DNA from: an uncultured Alphaproteobacteria bacterium
GTDB lineage: Bacteria > Pseudomonadota > Alphaproteobacteria > Micropepsales > Micropepsaceae
Length of the DNA stretch: 64,000 nt
NCBI GenBank assembly: GCA_963766355.1
Contig: CAVXZV010000006.1
Location: forward strand, 7,096 to 71,095
Reading direction: 5' to 3'
A model generated the notes under the pieces. That model was given only the letters and a program-made list of their open reading frames with translations. It searched no databases and was not told the origin of the DNA. Positions within the stretch are counted from its first letter, which is position 1, and each line of letters starts with the position of its first letter. Made by a program: the position numbers and the translations under genes. Positions 1 to 10,661 of the stretch are shown here, piece by piece.

Positions 1-504
1 GTGCGTCCAATACACTACCTTGCCCTCGCAATGATCCTTCGAGAAGAGGTTGAGCTTTGCGTTCGCGAAGTCGAAGTCGAGATCAAAATTGGCGAGGAAA
101 TCCGGCGCCAATAGACCGTCCACGCCCGGTGGTAAGAAACCGGCCGGCACAAGTGGATAATCCAGCTTGCGGGCCTTCATTCTTCCCAGCGAGAAGTCGC
201 TGACCGACACATAATGCCTGATCCGGATGCCTCCATAGATGGTCAACCATGCTGAGCGAGGATCGATCAACTCCTGTTGGAGGCCCAGCTCTGCCGCTTT
301 GGTTTCGGTGAGCATCGTCATGTAGGCCCCCGTATCAACAATCATGGTAAGCGGATGATCTCCGATTGCCGCCGGCACCGTGACGTGGGAAAAATCCGTA
401 CTCATATCAAGAGCAGCGACGCGCAAGAGCTGGCATTTCTCCTCCGCCGCAGCGGGACTGAAGAGCAAGCTCAATGCCAACGCGATAATGGCGGCCTTGC
501 GCAT
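1..504 (-). CDS. Secreted retropepsin-like aspartyl protease, 3' end outside window
   Basis: Manual translation (absent from ORF track): MRKAAIIALALSLLFSPAAAEEKC...LTMIVDTGAYMTML...VDGLLAPDFLANFDLDFD. Signal peptide, DTGA catalytic motif, GAGGAGG RBS at 511-517. Confidence 0.8.
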   Translation of the reverse strand, partial: MRKAAIIALALSLLFSPAAAEEKCQLLRVAALDMSTDFSHVTVPAAIGDHPLTMIVDTGAYMTMLTETKAAELGLQQELIDPRSAWLTIYGGIRIRHYVSVSDFSLGRMKARKLDYPLVPAGFLPPGVDGLLAPDFLANFDLDFDFANAKLNLFSKDHCEGKVVYWTH

Positions 505-515
505 CACATTCCTCC

Positions 516-1343
516 TCAAGGCACGCGTTTGAGTTCCTCGTGTGCCGCCGAATACTCCACAAAGTTATGCGGACATTCTTGTTCCGCTTGCTGAAGCAGC
601 GATTTCGCGGATGGGTCCTTGGCGATAAGCCGCCATTCTCCGATGTAGAAATCGGCCTCGCATTTCTGGTGGGTCGGGACATCGCCCTCGCCGCGCGCGG
701 CCTTGCGGTAGACCTCGTCGGCCGTCGCCTTGCCGCGAAAATAATCCAGCAGCGGGGCCGGCCAGTCGTCCAGATCGAGATCGGACACTTTCTTCCCGAA
801 ATCAGCGAGATCCAGCGTTCCCGCACGCCCCGCGGAGATGGCGAACCAAACGAGAGCGTAGCCGTTCTTCGGCGGCAGAGTGACAGCCCGCGCATAATCG
901 TCGGCGGCCTGCGCGAATTGAGCGTGATACCAATAAAAACTTCCGCGCGACCTGTAAGCGCCTGCCGTCGGCGCGATCTCGATGACCTTGTTCAGGTCGG
1001 CCAGGACCGCGTCGTTCTTGTTCAAACACGCATTCGCAGTTGCGTGCGCGTAATATGCCTGCAGGAAATTTGGCCGCGCCTTCAGCACTGCATCGAGATC
1101 AGCGAGTGCCGACGCACATTGTTGTTTTTGCAGATAGGCCGACGCGCGACCAAAATAAGCGTCCGGGACATAGGCCGCCGCGAGGTCGCCCGCATTGAGC
1201 GCGCTGGTGAACTCGGAGATTGCAAGGTCGCTATTGTTGGCGCGGCTTGCTTCCATGCCGCGCATGAAATCGTCATAGGCGGCGGCCTGCGCAGAACCCG
1301 CACATACGGCAAGACCAAAAGCAGCCGTCAAAACCCGGTTCAC
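516..1343 (-). CDS. NlpI-like TPR protein
   Basis: Signal peptide, TPR repeats, C-terminal DWPAPLLDYF...CEADFYIGEW...CPHNFVEY typical of the NlpI family. Confidence 0.75.
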   Translation of the reverse strand: MNRVLTAAFGLAVCAGSAQAAAYDDFMRGMEASRANNSDLAISEFTSALNAGDLAAAYVPDAYFGRASAYLQKQQCASALADLDAVLKARPNFLQAYYAHATANACLNKNDAVLADLNKVIEIAPTAGAYRSRGSFYWYHAQFAQAADDYARAVTLPPKNGYALVWFAISAGRAGTLDLADFGKKVSDLDLDDWPAPLLDYFRGKATADEVYRKAARGEGDVPTHQKCEADFYIGEWRLIAKDPSAKSLLQQAEQECPHNFVEYSAAHEELKRVP

Positions 1344-1798
1344 GTTTTCCCCCCACGGTTGAAATCATAAGAGGCTGCCGCACCCGTGGCAATGCTGGCT
1401 CGCGGGGTTTCAAACGGCTTTAAGCTGTGACAACAGCGCGCGGATTGTATCTAAGAATCGGCGCCAGCCAGCGCTCCACTTCCACCAGCGTCCATTCTCC
1501 GTCCGAGACCCATCATAATGCCGCAACCCAAGTTGGGTGTGGCCTTTTTGAATGGCCAGTTTTGGCGGCGCAGCCATTCTGACGTTGGGGCTTTGCGTCC
1601 GTTATCGCACCATGTCCTGCCGTTGCGGCCGAGCATTGATGATCCCAAGCGTCAATCTTGGACGTGACCGTTCCCCAGCCTCGCTACGAGGCAATTGGTT
1701 GGTGTGGTCAAAAACGTAAGTCTGTCCGCGTTAGCAACATCCCCTTACCGGGAGACGGTGGGGCGTGAACTCAGGTGATGCTCGAAGCGCCCAAAACG

Positions 1799-1841
1799 AA
1801 AAAGGGAGCCGGTGCCAAAAGCGTCACCTGAGCTCCCTTTT
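1799..1841. terminator. Probable bidirectional intrinsic terminator downstream of carD
   Basis: AAAAGGGAGC...GCTCCCTTTT stem with A/T tracts on both sides. Confidence 0.6.
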
Positions 1842-1894
1842 CCAATGTCCCCCGGAAACTTTCCGGGCCGTTTCACGTTCTATAACCGAAAAAG

Positions 1895-2455
1895 TTACGC
1901 AGCCTTCTTTAGCAGCATGCCTTCGACACGCTTGACCGCGGTCGGCTCGTCGGTCTTTTCCACCGCGGCGACTTCGCGCGCCATGCGGGCGAGGGCCGCT
2001 TCATATAGCTGCCGCTCGGAATAGGATTGTTCCGGCTGGCCGCTGGCGCGGTGCAGGTCGCGCACCACCTCGGCGATCGACACCAGATCGCCCGAATTGA
2101 TCTTCGCTTCGTATTCCTGCGCCCGGCGCGACCACATGGTCCGCTTGATGCGCGCACGGCCTTTCAGCGTGTTGAGCGCCGTCGCCACCGTATCGGGCGA
2201 GGAGAGCTTGCGCATGCCCACAGCCTTGGCCTTCAAGGTGGGGACGCGCAGGGTCATCTTGTCCTTATCGAAGGTGATGACGAACAATTCCAGCTTGGTG
2301 CCCGCCACTTCTTGTTCTTCGATGCGCATGATTCTGCCCACGCCATGGGTGGGGTACACGACATGGTCGTTGGCCTTGAATTCGAGTTTCTTATTGGAGT
2401 TCGCCGGGACTTTCTTAATCGCCACCGGTGGTAGAGGAGTCTTTGCCGTTGTCAT
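1895..2455 (-). CDS. carD: CarD family transcriptional regulator
   Basis: FKANDHVVYPTHGVGRI...WSRRAQEYEAKINSGD...SYSERQLYEAA; start placed at MTTAKT. Confidence 0.93.
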   Translation of the reverse strand: MTTAKTPLPPVAIKKVPANSNKKLEFKANDHVVYPTHGVGRIMRIEEQEVAGTKLELFVITFDKDKMTLRVPTLKAKAVGMRKLSSPDTVATALNTLKGRARIKRTMWSRRAQEYEAKINSGDLVSIAEVVRDLHRASGQPEQSYSERQLYEAALARMAREVAAVEKTDEPTAVKRVEGMLLKKAA

Positions 2456-2764
2456 TCCGATCCATTTCCGCTTCGCGCACTCGAACCAGCACCTCCCGGT
2501 TGGGGGCACCGCCTTATTTCGCACTGCAACAGAATGCGACGCCTCCGGATTTCTCATTAACCCGGGTGGGGGAGCGCCTTTCGAGTAATTTCAGAACAAA
2601 TCCAAGGTATCACAGAAATGACGAAAATGGAAGGCCGGAATCGTCAAACCTTTGAATTTCCGAAACTTATTGCGAAACCTAAGGGAATTAATGGATTGTT
2701 GCCAAAGCGGTAGGCACGCCGAACCAGGCGGCAAGCCGCCATGCCGATGCCAAAAACGCTCATT

Positions 2765-3103
2765 CTACTCGCCGGAACCGGGTTTATCGGAGAAGTACTT
2801 CTCGTACTTGCCATTTTCCCCTTGGTACTTTTCGGCATCGGCCGGAGCGGTGCCCTTTTGCGTGATGTTCGGCCATTTCTTGGCAAAATCGGCATTCAGG
2901 GTCAGCCACTGCTCCAGGCCCGATTCCGTGTCGGCCTTGATGGCTTCCGGCGGGCATTCCGGCTCGCAAACGCCGCAATCGATGCACTCGTCCGGGTGGA
3001 TGACGAGCATGTTTTCGCCTTCGTAGAAGCAGTCCACCGGGCAGACTTCCACGCAATCCATGAATTTGCATTTGATACAGGCGTCGGTAACGACGTAGGT
3101 CAT
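2765..3103 (-). CDS. fdxA: Ferredoxin (7Fe/8Fe FdxA type)
   Basis: [29 protein letters not shown]...[12 protein letters not shown]. Confidence 0.95.
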   Translation of the reverse strand: MTYVVTDACIKCKFMDCVEVCPVDCFYEGENMLVIHPDECIDCGVCEPECPPEAIKADTESGLEQWLTLNADFAKKWPNITQKGTAPADAEKYQGENGKYEKYFSDKPGSGE

Positions 3104-3170
3104 TCTCTACTCCGGACGTAGTCTTATGAGTGTCCATTAAGGCGCTGGCGCCGCAGGATCAAGCGAAGCC

Positions 3171-3449
3171 TTACGCGGGAGGGGCGTCTGCGACGATTTC
3201 ATAAAGCGATTGTGCTTGCTGCGCCGTTCCGCGGCGCTTGGCTGCGGCGACGACACGCACCGCAACGATTTCCCTTAAGCGGGGTAAGGTTATCACATCG
3301 CCGAGCTTGACCTCGCGGCCCGGCTTTTCGGCCCGGTGTCCGTTGACGCGGAGCAGCCCGGATTCGCAAGCCTGCCTGGCCAGCTCGCGCGAGCGGTAGA
3401 AACGGGCACACCACAACCACTTGTCGAGACGGATACGCTCTTCGGTCAT
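3171..3449 (-). CDS. RNA-binding S4 domain protein (Hsp15-like)
   Basis: RIRLDKWLWCARFYRSR...VKLGDVITL; ATGA overlap with the helicase stop. Confidence 0.88.
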   Translation of the reverse strand: MTEERIRLDKWLWCARFYRSRELARQACESGLLRVNGHRAEKPGREVKLGDVITLPRLREIVAVRVVAAAKRRGTAQQAQSLYEIVADAPPA

Positions 3450-6007
3450 TTCCCTCCGATCAGGCCAGCAAGTCCGGCAAACGGCGAATCCTTCACCACG
3501 GCCGGCTGAGGTTCTCGCTGTTGAGGTTTGCGCCACTGATGTTCGCGTTTGTCGTGCGCGCGTCGCCACACCGAATGTGCGGTCTCGCCGGCAACCTCGG
3601 TTCTATGCCAACCAAGGGCCGTCAGCACTTCGGTCAATTCGTCATTGCTTGAGCCAAGCAGCGAAACCAATTTGGGCGTCAGCGCTTCGGCCGTTAGGCC
3701 TTCGATGATCCCTTTCTCCAGGACATCTTCGAGCCGCTCCAGCATGTCGAGGCGGATAGCGCGCCCGGCGATCGCGCGGAATCCCGCGGCCGCTAGAAAT
3801 CCGTCCGGCGCATTCGCATCGTTGACGAACGAGGTCAGCCCGGCGCGCGGCAAAGCCGGCACTTGCTCCAATTTTGTCCATACGCCCCACAACAAGGCGA
3901 GCAGCGATGCCGCATCGGGCCGCAACAATTTTGTCAGATAGATGGAGCGCCGGCCGAACCACACGCCATAAGGCCTCAAGGCGCGGATCAGCATTCGCCG
4001 GTCGCTGGGCAGGGCGAGGCGCGATGTCTCTAGAGAGCCGAAATTCTCGAGAAGTTGATGAGCAATACCGCGTGCCATTGCCGGTAACGCGTCGGCCGTT
4101 CCGGCTTTTGCTTCGACGCCAGCCTGCAGCGCAAGCAACGGTTCGAGTTTCGCCGCGATACGCGCCGTAACCCATTCCTCCAAGCGGCGCTGCACCCCGG
4201 CACGCGGTTCGCCTTTTAGATTCTCGTCAGCCAACAGCGCGACAGTGGGTGCGAGAGGCGATGAGCCGGCTATCAGCTTTGCCACGATGGCGCCGTCCCA
4301 CCAGATCCGCCCATGCTCGGTCAGCGTGATCTCATTTTCCGGCGCATTCGTCAGCCGTCCGGCCCGCGCGAAGAATTCGCCTTCCAGGCCTTTTATGGCT
4401 GCTGCCCGCAAGGCGCGTTCGTGAATGCCCGCTGCGCTTTCCGCTTGGGTGAAGCGAAAGCCGTCCAACTTGCCGATGATCTCGCCGCCGATCGCCACGC
4501 CGCCGGAATCGTCGAGCACGATCGCGGCATCGTCATCGCGCAGATGGCGCATCAGCACCGAAGTGCGCCGGTCGATAAAGCGCTGCGTCAACCGCTCATG
4601 CAGCGCATCAGACAGCCGGTCTTCGACGGCACGCGTTTGTTCCTGCCAATGCGCGCTGTCTTTGACCCAGCCCGGCCGATGCGCTGCGTATGTCCAGGTG
4701 CGCACCTGCGCCAGGCGGCCGGAGAGTGTGGCGACATCGCCTTCCACAATATCGAGCCGGGCGATTTGCCTTGCCAGCCAATCCTCCGGCAAAACGCCGT
4801 CCTCATCGGTCAGATGGAAGAAGATCGTCCGCACCAGGCGTACATGTTCGTCGCTGCTGAGCTTGTGGAAGTCCGGCAATTGGCACGCTTCCCATAAGAG
4901 TTTCACTCGGCCGGACGAGGTAATGCGGTCGCGAACTTCTTCCTGCTCGGCGAGGAGGCGCAGCGCGATCACATCGCTGGCGGGGCGCGCTTTCACCAAG
5001 CCGCGCGCCGGCGGCGGTTCGTCCAGACTGGCGATCAGCATATCGACGGAATGAAACGCCAGCGCCGAATTGCGCCATTGCAGCACGCGCACGGAATCGT
5101 AGCGATGACCTTCCACGCGCGCGACGGTTTCCTCGTCGAGCCCTTCGGCATCGCAGGTCACGCCGAATGTTCCGTCGTTCATATGTCGGCCGGCGCGCCC
5201 GGCAATCTGTCCGATCTCTTCGGGCTTCAAGGGGCGCGTGCCGAAGCCGTCGAATTTCTCCAGCGCGGAGAACGCGACGTGATCGACGCTCATATTGATG
5301 CCCATGCCGATGGCGTCCGTCGCCACCAGGAAGTCCACATCGCCGGACTGATAGAGTGCGACCTGCGCGTTGCGGGTGCGCGGGGAGAGCGCGCCCAGCA
5401 CCACCGCTGCGCCGCCGCGCTGCGTGCGGATCAGATCCGCGATGCCATAGACGTCCTCCGTCGAGAACCCGACCACGGCGGAGCGCCGCGGCAGACGCGT
5501 CAGCTTCTTCGATCCCGTATAAGCGAGGTCGGAAAACCGGGCCCGCGACATGAAATAGGTGTGCGGGGTAAAGCGCTGCAGGGCGCCGCGCATCGTGTCG
5601 GCACCGAGGAATACGGTTTCCTCTTCGCCGCGCGCATGCAGCAAGCGGTCGGTGAAGACATGGCCGCGTTCGGGATCGGCGCAAAGTTGGATTTCGTCGA
5701 CCGCCAGGAACGCCGTGCCGAGATCCACGGGCATCGCTTCCACCGTGCAGACGAAATACTTCGCCCCGGGCGGAACAATCTTTTCTTCGCCGGTGATGAG
5801 AGCGGCGAGGGGCGCGCCTTTCAGACGTACGACCTTGTCGTAAACCTCACGCGCCAGAAGCCGCAGCGGCAGGCCGATCATGCCGGATTTGTGGGCCAGC
5901 ATCCGGTCGATGGCGAAATGGGTCTTGCCGGTGTTGGTGGGCCCCAAAACGGCCGTAACGCGGCCCCCCAAAGGTGCCTTATCGTGCTGGTAGCGTTTCG
6001 GGATCAT
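3446..6007 (-). CDS. SUV3/MgpS-like helicase
   Basis: Walker A GPTNTGKT, DEIQ, ATDAIGMG, QIAGRAGR motifs; conserved helicase-S4-fdxA-carD order. Confidence 0.9.
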   Translation of the reverse strand: MIPKRYQHDKAPLGGRVTAVLGPTNTGKTHFAIDRMLAHKSGMIGLPLRLLAREVYDKVVRLKGAPLAALITGEEKIVPPGAKYFVCTVEAMPVDLGTAFLAVDEIQLCADPERGHVFTDRLLHARGEEETVFLGADTMRGALQRFTPHTYFMSRARFSDLAYTGSKKLTRLPRRSAVVGFSTEDVYGIADLIRTQRGGAAVVLGALSPRTRNAQVALYQSGDVDFLVATDAIGMGINMSVDHVAFSALEKFDGFGTRPLKPEEIGQIAGRAGRHMNDGTFGVTCDAEGLDEETVARVEGHRYDSVRVLQWRNSALAFHSVDMLIASLDEPPPARGLVKARPASDVIALRLLAEQEEVRDRITSSGRVKLLWEACQLPDFHKLSSDEHVRLVRTIFFHLTDEDGVLPEDWLARQIARLDIVEGDVATLSGRLAQVRTWTYAAHRPGWVKDSAHWQEQTRAVEDRLSDALHERLTQRFIDRRTSVLMRHLRDDDAAIVLDDSGGVAIGGEIIGKLDGFRFTQAESAAGIHERALRAAAIKGLEGEFFARAGRLTNAPENEITLTEHGRIWWDGAIVAKLIAGSSPLAPTVALLADENLKGEPRAGVQRRLEEWVTARIAAKLEPLLALQAGVEAKAGTADALPAMARGIAHQLLENFGSLETSRLALPSDRRMLIRALRPYGVWFGRRSIYLTKLLRPDAASLLALLWGVWTKLEQVPALPRAGLTSFVNDANAPDGFLAAAGFRAIAGRAIRLDMLERLEDVLEKGIIEGLTAEALTPKLVSLLGSSNDELTEVLTALGWHRTEVAGETAHSVWRRAHDKREHQWRKPQQREPQPAVVKDSPFAGLAGLIGGK

Positions 6008-6353
6008 CGCCCTGCAACATCGGTATTTTTACGCCGAAGTACAAGCAAAAGGCCTACGGGCGAGCGCGTCGCATTCCGAAAAATCCACAATAAGAACGAT
6101 GTGCGAACGAACGCCGTCCGAATCGCTAACCGACTCAATATCAGCCTTTGTTCTCATACTATAGGGGGTTTGTCAAGACTCGGACGGCACAAGTACTTGT
6201 GGATAGGCCGAACCATGGAGTCTCGCCGACTTATCCACGGAAACCTCCGTATGCTGAGCAACGTGACGTTTTCCCGACGGAATTTTGACAGCGGTAAAAC
6301 GCCCTTTGACCCTCTTTGAGCCGTGCGATACTCCCCCCGCTCCGGAGAAAACA

Positions 6354-8492
6354 ATGGCTGACAAGATACCCAAGGCCTGGGCGGCCCTCGCCGCGAAGGA
6401 ACTCAAAGACCGCCCGGTGGAAAGTCTTGTTTGGCCCGCGCCGGAAGGCTTCGCCATCAAGCCGCTCTACACCGCCGCCGATCTGGAAGGTATCGAGGCG
6501 GCGGATTCGCTGCCCGGGCTGTCCCCGTTTATGCGCGGCGTGCGCGCCACCATGTACACCGGGCGGCCTTGGACCATTCGTCAATATGCGGGTTTCTCCA
6601 CGGCTGAAGAGTCGAACGCCTTTTACCGCAAGAACCTCGCCGCCGGGCAGATGGGGCTCTCCGTCGCCTTCGATTTGCCCACCCATCGCGGCTATGACAG
6701 CGATCATCCGCGCGTCGGAGGCGATGTCGGCAAGGCAGGCGTCGCCATCGATTCCGTCGAAGACATGAAGATCCTGTTCGCCGGCATCCCGCTCGACAAA
6801 ATGAGCGTGTCGATGACCATGAACGGCGCGGTCATTCCGATCATGGCGAATTTCATCGTGGCGGCGGAGGAGCAGGGCGTTGCGCTGAACAAACTCTCCG
6901 GCACTATTCAGAACGACATTCTCAAAGAATTTATGGTGCGCAATACCTACATTTATCCGCCCGCACCCAGTATGCGCATCGTCGCCGATATCATCGAATA
7001 TTCGGCGCAAAATATGCCGAAATTCAATTCGATCTCGATCAGCGGCTATCATATGCACGAAGCCGGTGCGACGGCCGTGCAAGAGCTCGCGTTCACGCTG
7101 GCCGACGGCATCGAATATGTCCGCACGGCGCTGAACAAGGGCCTGGAAGTCGACGCCTTCGCGCCGCGGCTGTCATTCTTCTTCGGCATCGGCATGAACT
7201 TCTTCATGGAGATCGCCAAGTTGCGTGCGGCGCGGTTATTATGGGCGCAGATTATGACGGGTTTCGGCGCCAAGAAGCCCGAGAGCTTGATGCTGCGCAC
7301 CCATTGTCAGACCTCCGGCGTGTCGCTGACCGAGCAGGATCCCTACAACAACATCGTGCGCACGGCCTATGAGGCGCTGGCGGCAGTGCTCGGCGGCACG
7401 CAATCGCTGCACACCAATTCTTTCGACGAAGCCATCGCGCTGCCGACCGAATTCTCCGCCCGCATCGCCCGCAACACCCAGCTCATTCTGCAAAACGAAA
7501 CACTGGTGACCAAAACCGTCGATCCGCTTGGCGGTTCTTATTATGTCGAGGCATTGACTCATTCGCTCGCCGTTCACGCCAAGAAGATCATCGACGAAGT
7601 AGAAGCAATGGGCGGCATGACGAAAGCGGTAGAAGCGGGCACGCCCAAGCTCGCCATCGAAGAATCGGCGGCCCGCCGCCAAGCCCGCATCGACAAAGGC
7701 GAAGACGTGATCGTCGGCGTCAACCGCTATGAACTGGACAATGCCGATGCGGTCGAGACTCGCGATATCGACAATGCGGCGGTGCGCGATTCCCAGATTG
7801 CCCGTCTGAAGGACGTCAAAGCCAAACGCGATCCTGCCAAAGTCGAAGCCGCTCTAACGGCCTTGCGCAAAGGGGCGGCCGGCAACGCCAACCTGCTCAC
7901 ACTGGCGGTCGAGGCCGCTCGGGTCCGCGCCACCGTCGGCGAAATCTCCGACGCCATCGAGAAAGTGCATCTGCGCCATCGCGCCGTCACTCGCACGATC
8001 TCCGGCGTTTACGGCGGAGCCTTCGAAGGGGACAACGAGTTTGCCGCGTTGAAGGGCGAGGTCGAAGCCTTCACCAAATCGTCCGGCAAACCACCGCGCA
8101 TTCTCGTCGCCAAAATGGGCCAAGACGGCCACGACCGCGGCTCCAAAGTCATTGCCAGCGCCTTTGCCGATATCGGTTTCAAAGTGGACATCGGCGAATT
8201 GTTTTTGACGCCCGAAGAAGTCGCCAAAGAAGCAGTGGCCGCTTGCGTGCATGTGGTGGGCATTTCCAGCCTCGCGGCAGGCCACAAGACTCTGGTGCCC
8301 GAATTGATCGCGGCGCTAAAAAAGGAAAAAGCGGATACGCTTGTGGTTGTCGGCGGAGTCATCCCGCCGCAAGATTACGCCTTCTTGAAGAAGGCGGGTG
8401 TCGCGGCCATCTTCGGTCCCGGCACCAATATTCCGGATGCCGCACGGAACGTGCTGAACTTGGTGCCGGACCAAGGATTGAGGCTTACTTGA
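6354..8492 (+). CDS. scpA: Methylmalonyl-CoA mutase
   Basis: [29 protein letters not shown]12-binding QDGHDRG. Confidence 0.95.
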   Translation: MADKIPKAWAALAAKELKDRPVESLVWPAPEGFAIKPLYTAADLEGIEAADSLPGLSPFMRGVRATMYTGRPWTIRQYAGFSTAEESNAFYRKNLAAGQMGLSVAFDLPTHRGYDSDHPRVGGDVGKAGVAIDSVEDMKILFAGIPLDKMSVSMTMNGAVIPIMANFIVAAEEQGVALNKLSGTIQNDILKEFMVRNTYIYPPAPSMRIVADIIEYSAQNMPKFNSISISGYHMHEAGATAVQELAFTLADGIEYVRTALNKGLEVDAFAPRLSFFFGIGMNFFMEIAKLRAARLLWAQIMTGFGAKKPESLMLRTHCQTSGVSLTEQDPYNNIVRTAYEALAAVLGGTQSLHTNSFDEAIALPTEFSARIARNTQLILQNETLVTKTVDPLGGSYYVEALTHSLAVHAKKIIDEVEAMGGMTKAVEAGTPKLAIEESAARRQARIDKGEDVIVGVNRYELDNADAVETRDIDNAAVRDSQIARLKDVKAKRDPAKVEAALTALRKGAAGNANLLTLAVEAARVRATVGEISDAIEKVHLRHRAVTRTISGVYGGAFEGDNEFAALKGEVEAFTKSSGKPPRILVAKMGQDGHDRGSKVIASAFADIGFKVDIGELFLTPEEVAKEAVAACVHVVGISSLAAGHKTLVPELIAALKKEKADTLVVVGGVIPPQDYAFLKKAGVAAIFGPGTNIPDAARNVLNLVPDQGLRLT

Positions 8493-9485
8493 GTCCCTTC
8501 ATGAACGCGTTCATTTCGCGGATAACATCCGCTTCGTTCGAGAGCCACACGATATGGTTCGCGTAGGGCAGGCGTACGACGCGCGCCGTGGGGACGCCGG
8601 CTTGGAAAGCGTTCGACTGCTGGGTCATAAAGGCGAGGTCTTGCTCGGCATTGGCTTTCGCCTCGGGCTTGGGATCGCGCGGACGAATCGTGCGGCACTG
8701 CGAAGATGGCGAGTACCGGCGCGTTGATTGTGGTGTATTTCCGCACGCCGAAAACAATGGCGCTGGCGATAGCCGTCTCGGGCGTTGCCGGTGGTTGTTG
8801 CGCGCCGGGTGGCATGGGGGGAGCAGCCTGAATCTCCGCAAGCTCCTTTTCGAGATCACTCCGAATAAGTTCCAGATCGCCCGATTGCAGAAGATCTTCG
8901 ATTGGCGCTGAGCATCGGCGGGACTTTCCATGTAATTCCAATGATCGAGTCGGCGGCGCAAATCATTGAGGTCGACGATCATGTTACCATGAGCACGATC
9001 GTAGAATGCGTAACCGCCGGCCGCTTCCAAATAGATTAGCCCGTCACCTTCTCGGGATGTCGGCTTCCGATGGAACTCAGTTCCTTGCCCGCAAAAGAGT
9101 GGCCTGCCACGACCGGCCGGTCTAGTTTCAGCGCGGCGATCACGGCGAGAACATCATCGCCCAGCCGGTCCGCGGCATAGTTCTCCTCGGTAGGTAGCGG
9201 CTTGCTCGATCTTGCCATAGCCGCGCCGGGTTATGCCGTAGACGTGATGATCTGGCCGTGAATTTCGGTGCGAGGCTGTCGAAGTCGTGCGCCGTATGGC
9301 CAAAGCCCGCCAGAAACACCAGCGCACGGCCGTTGCCGCCCCAGTCGAGCACTTCTAGCTCTACGTCTGTCGACCGCTATGAATTGCACTTTGTGCGGCG
9401 AGGTGTCGGGCGCGATCGGTGTCCGTGCCTGGCAGAGTTGAGCAGCAAACAACAAACAGCAAAAGAACATCAGAACGCGCTTCAT
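8485..9485 (-). pseudogene. Secreted alpha/beta hydrolase split by several frameshifts
   Basis: Successive frames give signal peptide, [35 protein letters not shown] nucleophile elbow and PYANHIVWLSNEADV. Confidence 0.75.
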
Positions 9486-9654
9486 GGCGTTGCCCCATCT
9501 GACTGCCGACTGGTTCCATGCGCGCGCAAATCCGAGCAAAAATAAGGCGAGACGGCTTCAAATCGGCGACGCGCAAGCTGAGCTGACAAAAACTTCTTGA
9601 AACAAATCTGCACAAAGGCCAAACACCGGGCGCAATTTCTCGGCGGAGTATGGC

Positions 9655-10533
9655 ATGACGCGCGTTTTGGTTATCGGTCCCGGTGCCATCGGCTGCACCG
9701 TCGGCGCGGCGCTGATCGAAGCCGGTCACGATGTGATCTTTTGTGCTCGGCAATCCTTCGCGCGCGTTTCGGTGCAGAAGGCGGGCGAGGCTGCAAAGAT
9801 ATTTCCGGCTCGCGTAACCACGTCGGAGAAAGATCTTGCCTCCGCCGATTGGGTTCTGCTTTGCGTTAAGGCGCATCAGGTGCCGTCTGCCGCGGGATGG
9901 CTCGGCGCCGCTATCGGCCCGCATACCAAGCTTGCCGTGCTGCAGAACGGCGTCGAACATCGCGAGCGCGTCGAGCCTTATCTGCCGCCAGGCACTCCTA
10001 TCGTGCCGGTTGTCGTGGAGCTTCCGGTTTCGCGCCAAGCGGCGGGCGAAGTCGTCTGGCGCAGGATCGCGTTGCTCACGGTTTCGGACGATGCGGCCGG
10101 AAAAGAATTCTGCAGCTTGTTCGCGGGCTCATTCATCCGTGCCGAGACATCGGACGATCTTATCACGGTCGCTTGGAAAAAACTTTGTCTCAACGCACCG
10201 GGCGGGGCGATCCTTTCGCTGACGGGTCAGCCGATGCGCGTGTTCCACAAGCCAGGCATTGCCGATGTCGCACGCTCCATCTTGGCGGAGTGTGTCGCGG
10301 TCGGCCGCGCCGAAGGAGCGAAGTTGGACGAGGGCCTGATCGAGCCGCAGATCGCATTCTTCCTGAGGGCGGGACCGGACGAAGGCAATTCGATGTATGT
10401 CGATCGCATGGCGGGTCGCGAAATGGAATGGGACGCGCGCAATGCGGTGATCGTCCGCAAAGGCGCGCGCCATGGCATCCCCACGCCGGTCAGCGCGGCG
10501 CTGGTGCCGCTGTTGGCGGCGCTGACGTCTTAG
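9655..10533 (+). CDS. panE: Ketopantoate reductase family oxidoreductase
   Basis: VIGPGAIG Rossmann motif, LCVKA, LQNGVEH, WKKLCLN, SMYVDR. Confidence 0.8.
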   Translation: MTRVLVIGPGAIGCTVGAALIEAGHDVIFCARQSFARVSVQKAGEAAKIFPARVTTSEKDLASADWVLLCVKAHQVPSAAGWLGAAIGPHTKLAVLQNGVEHRERVEPYLPPGTPIVPVVVELPVSRQAAGEVVWRRIALLTVSDDAAGKEFCSLFAGSFIRAETSDDLITVAWKKLCLNAPGGAILSLTGQPMRVFHKPGIADVARSILAECVAVGRAEGAKLDEGLIEPQIAFFLRAGPDEGNSMYVDRMAGREMEWDARNAVIVRKGARHGIPTPVSAALVPLLAALTS

Positions 10534-10661
10534 TTTCCGATATTCGCGCCAGACCGGGGTTCGGTCCAGGAAGGCGACACCCCACGCCGGTCAGCGCGAC
10601 GCAGATGTCGTTCAAATGCGTACTTGGTGAAGCCGTATCGATCGTGCCGTAGGATCTCAGC

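Noticed and set aside
6008-6353. Cobalamin riboswitch before scpA
   Set aside because: No recognisable B12-box or core motifs.
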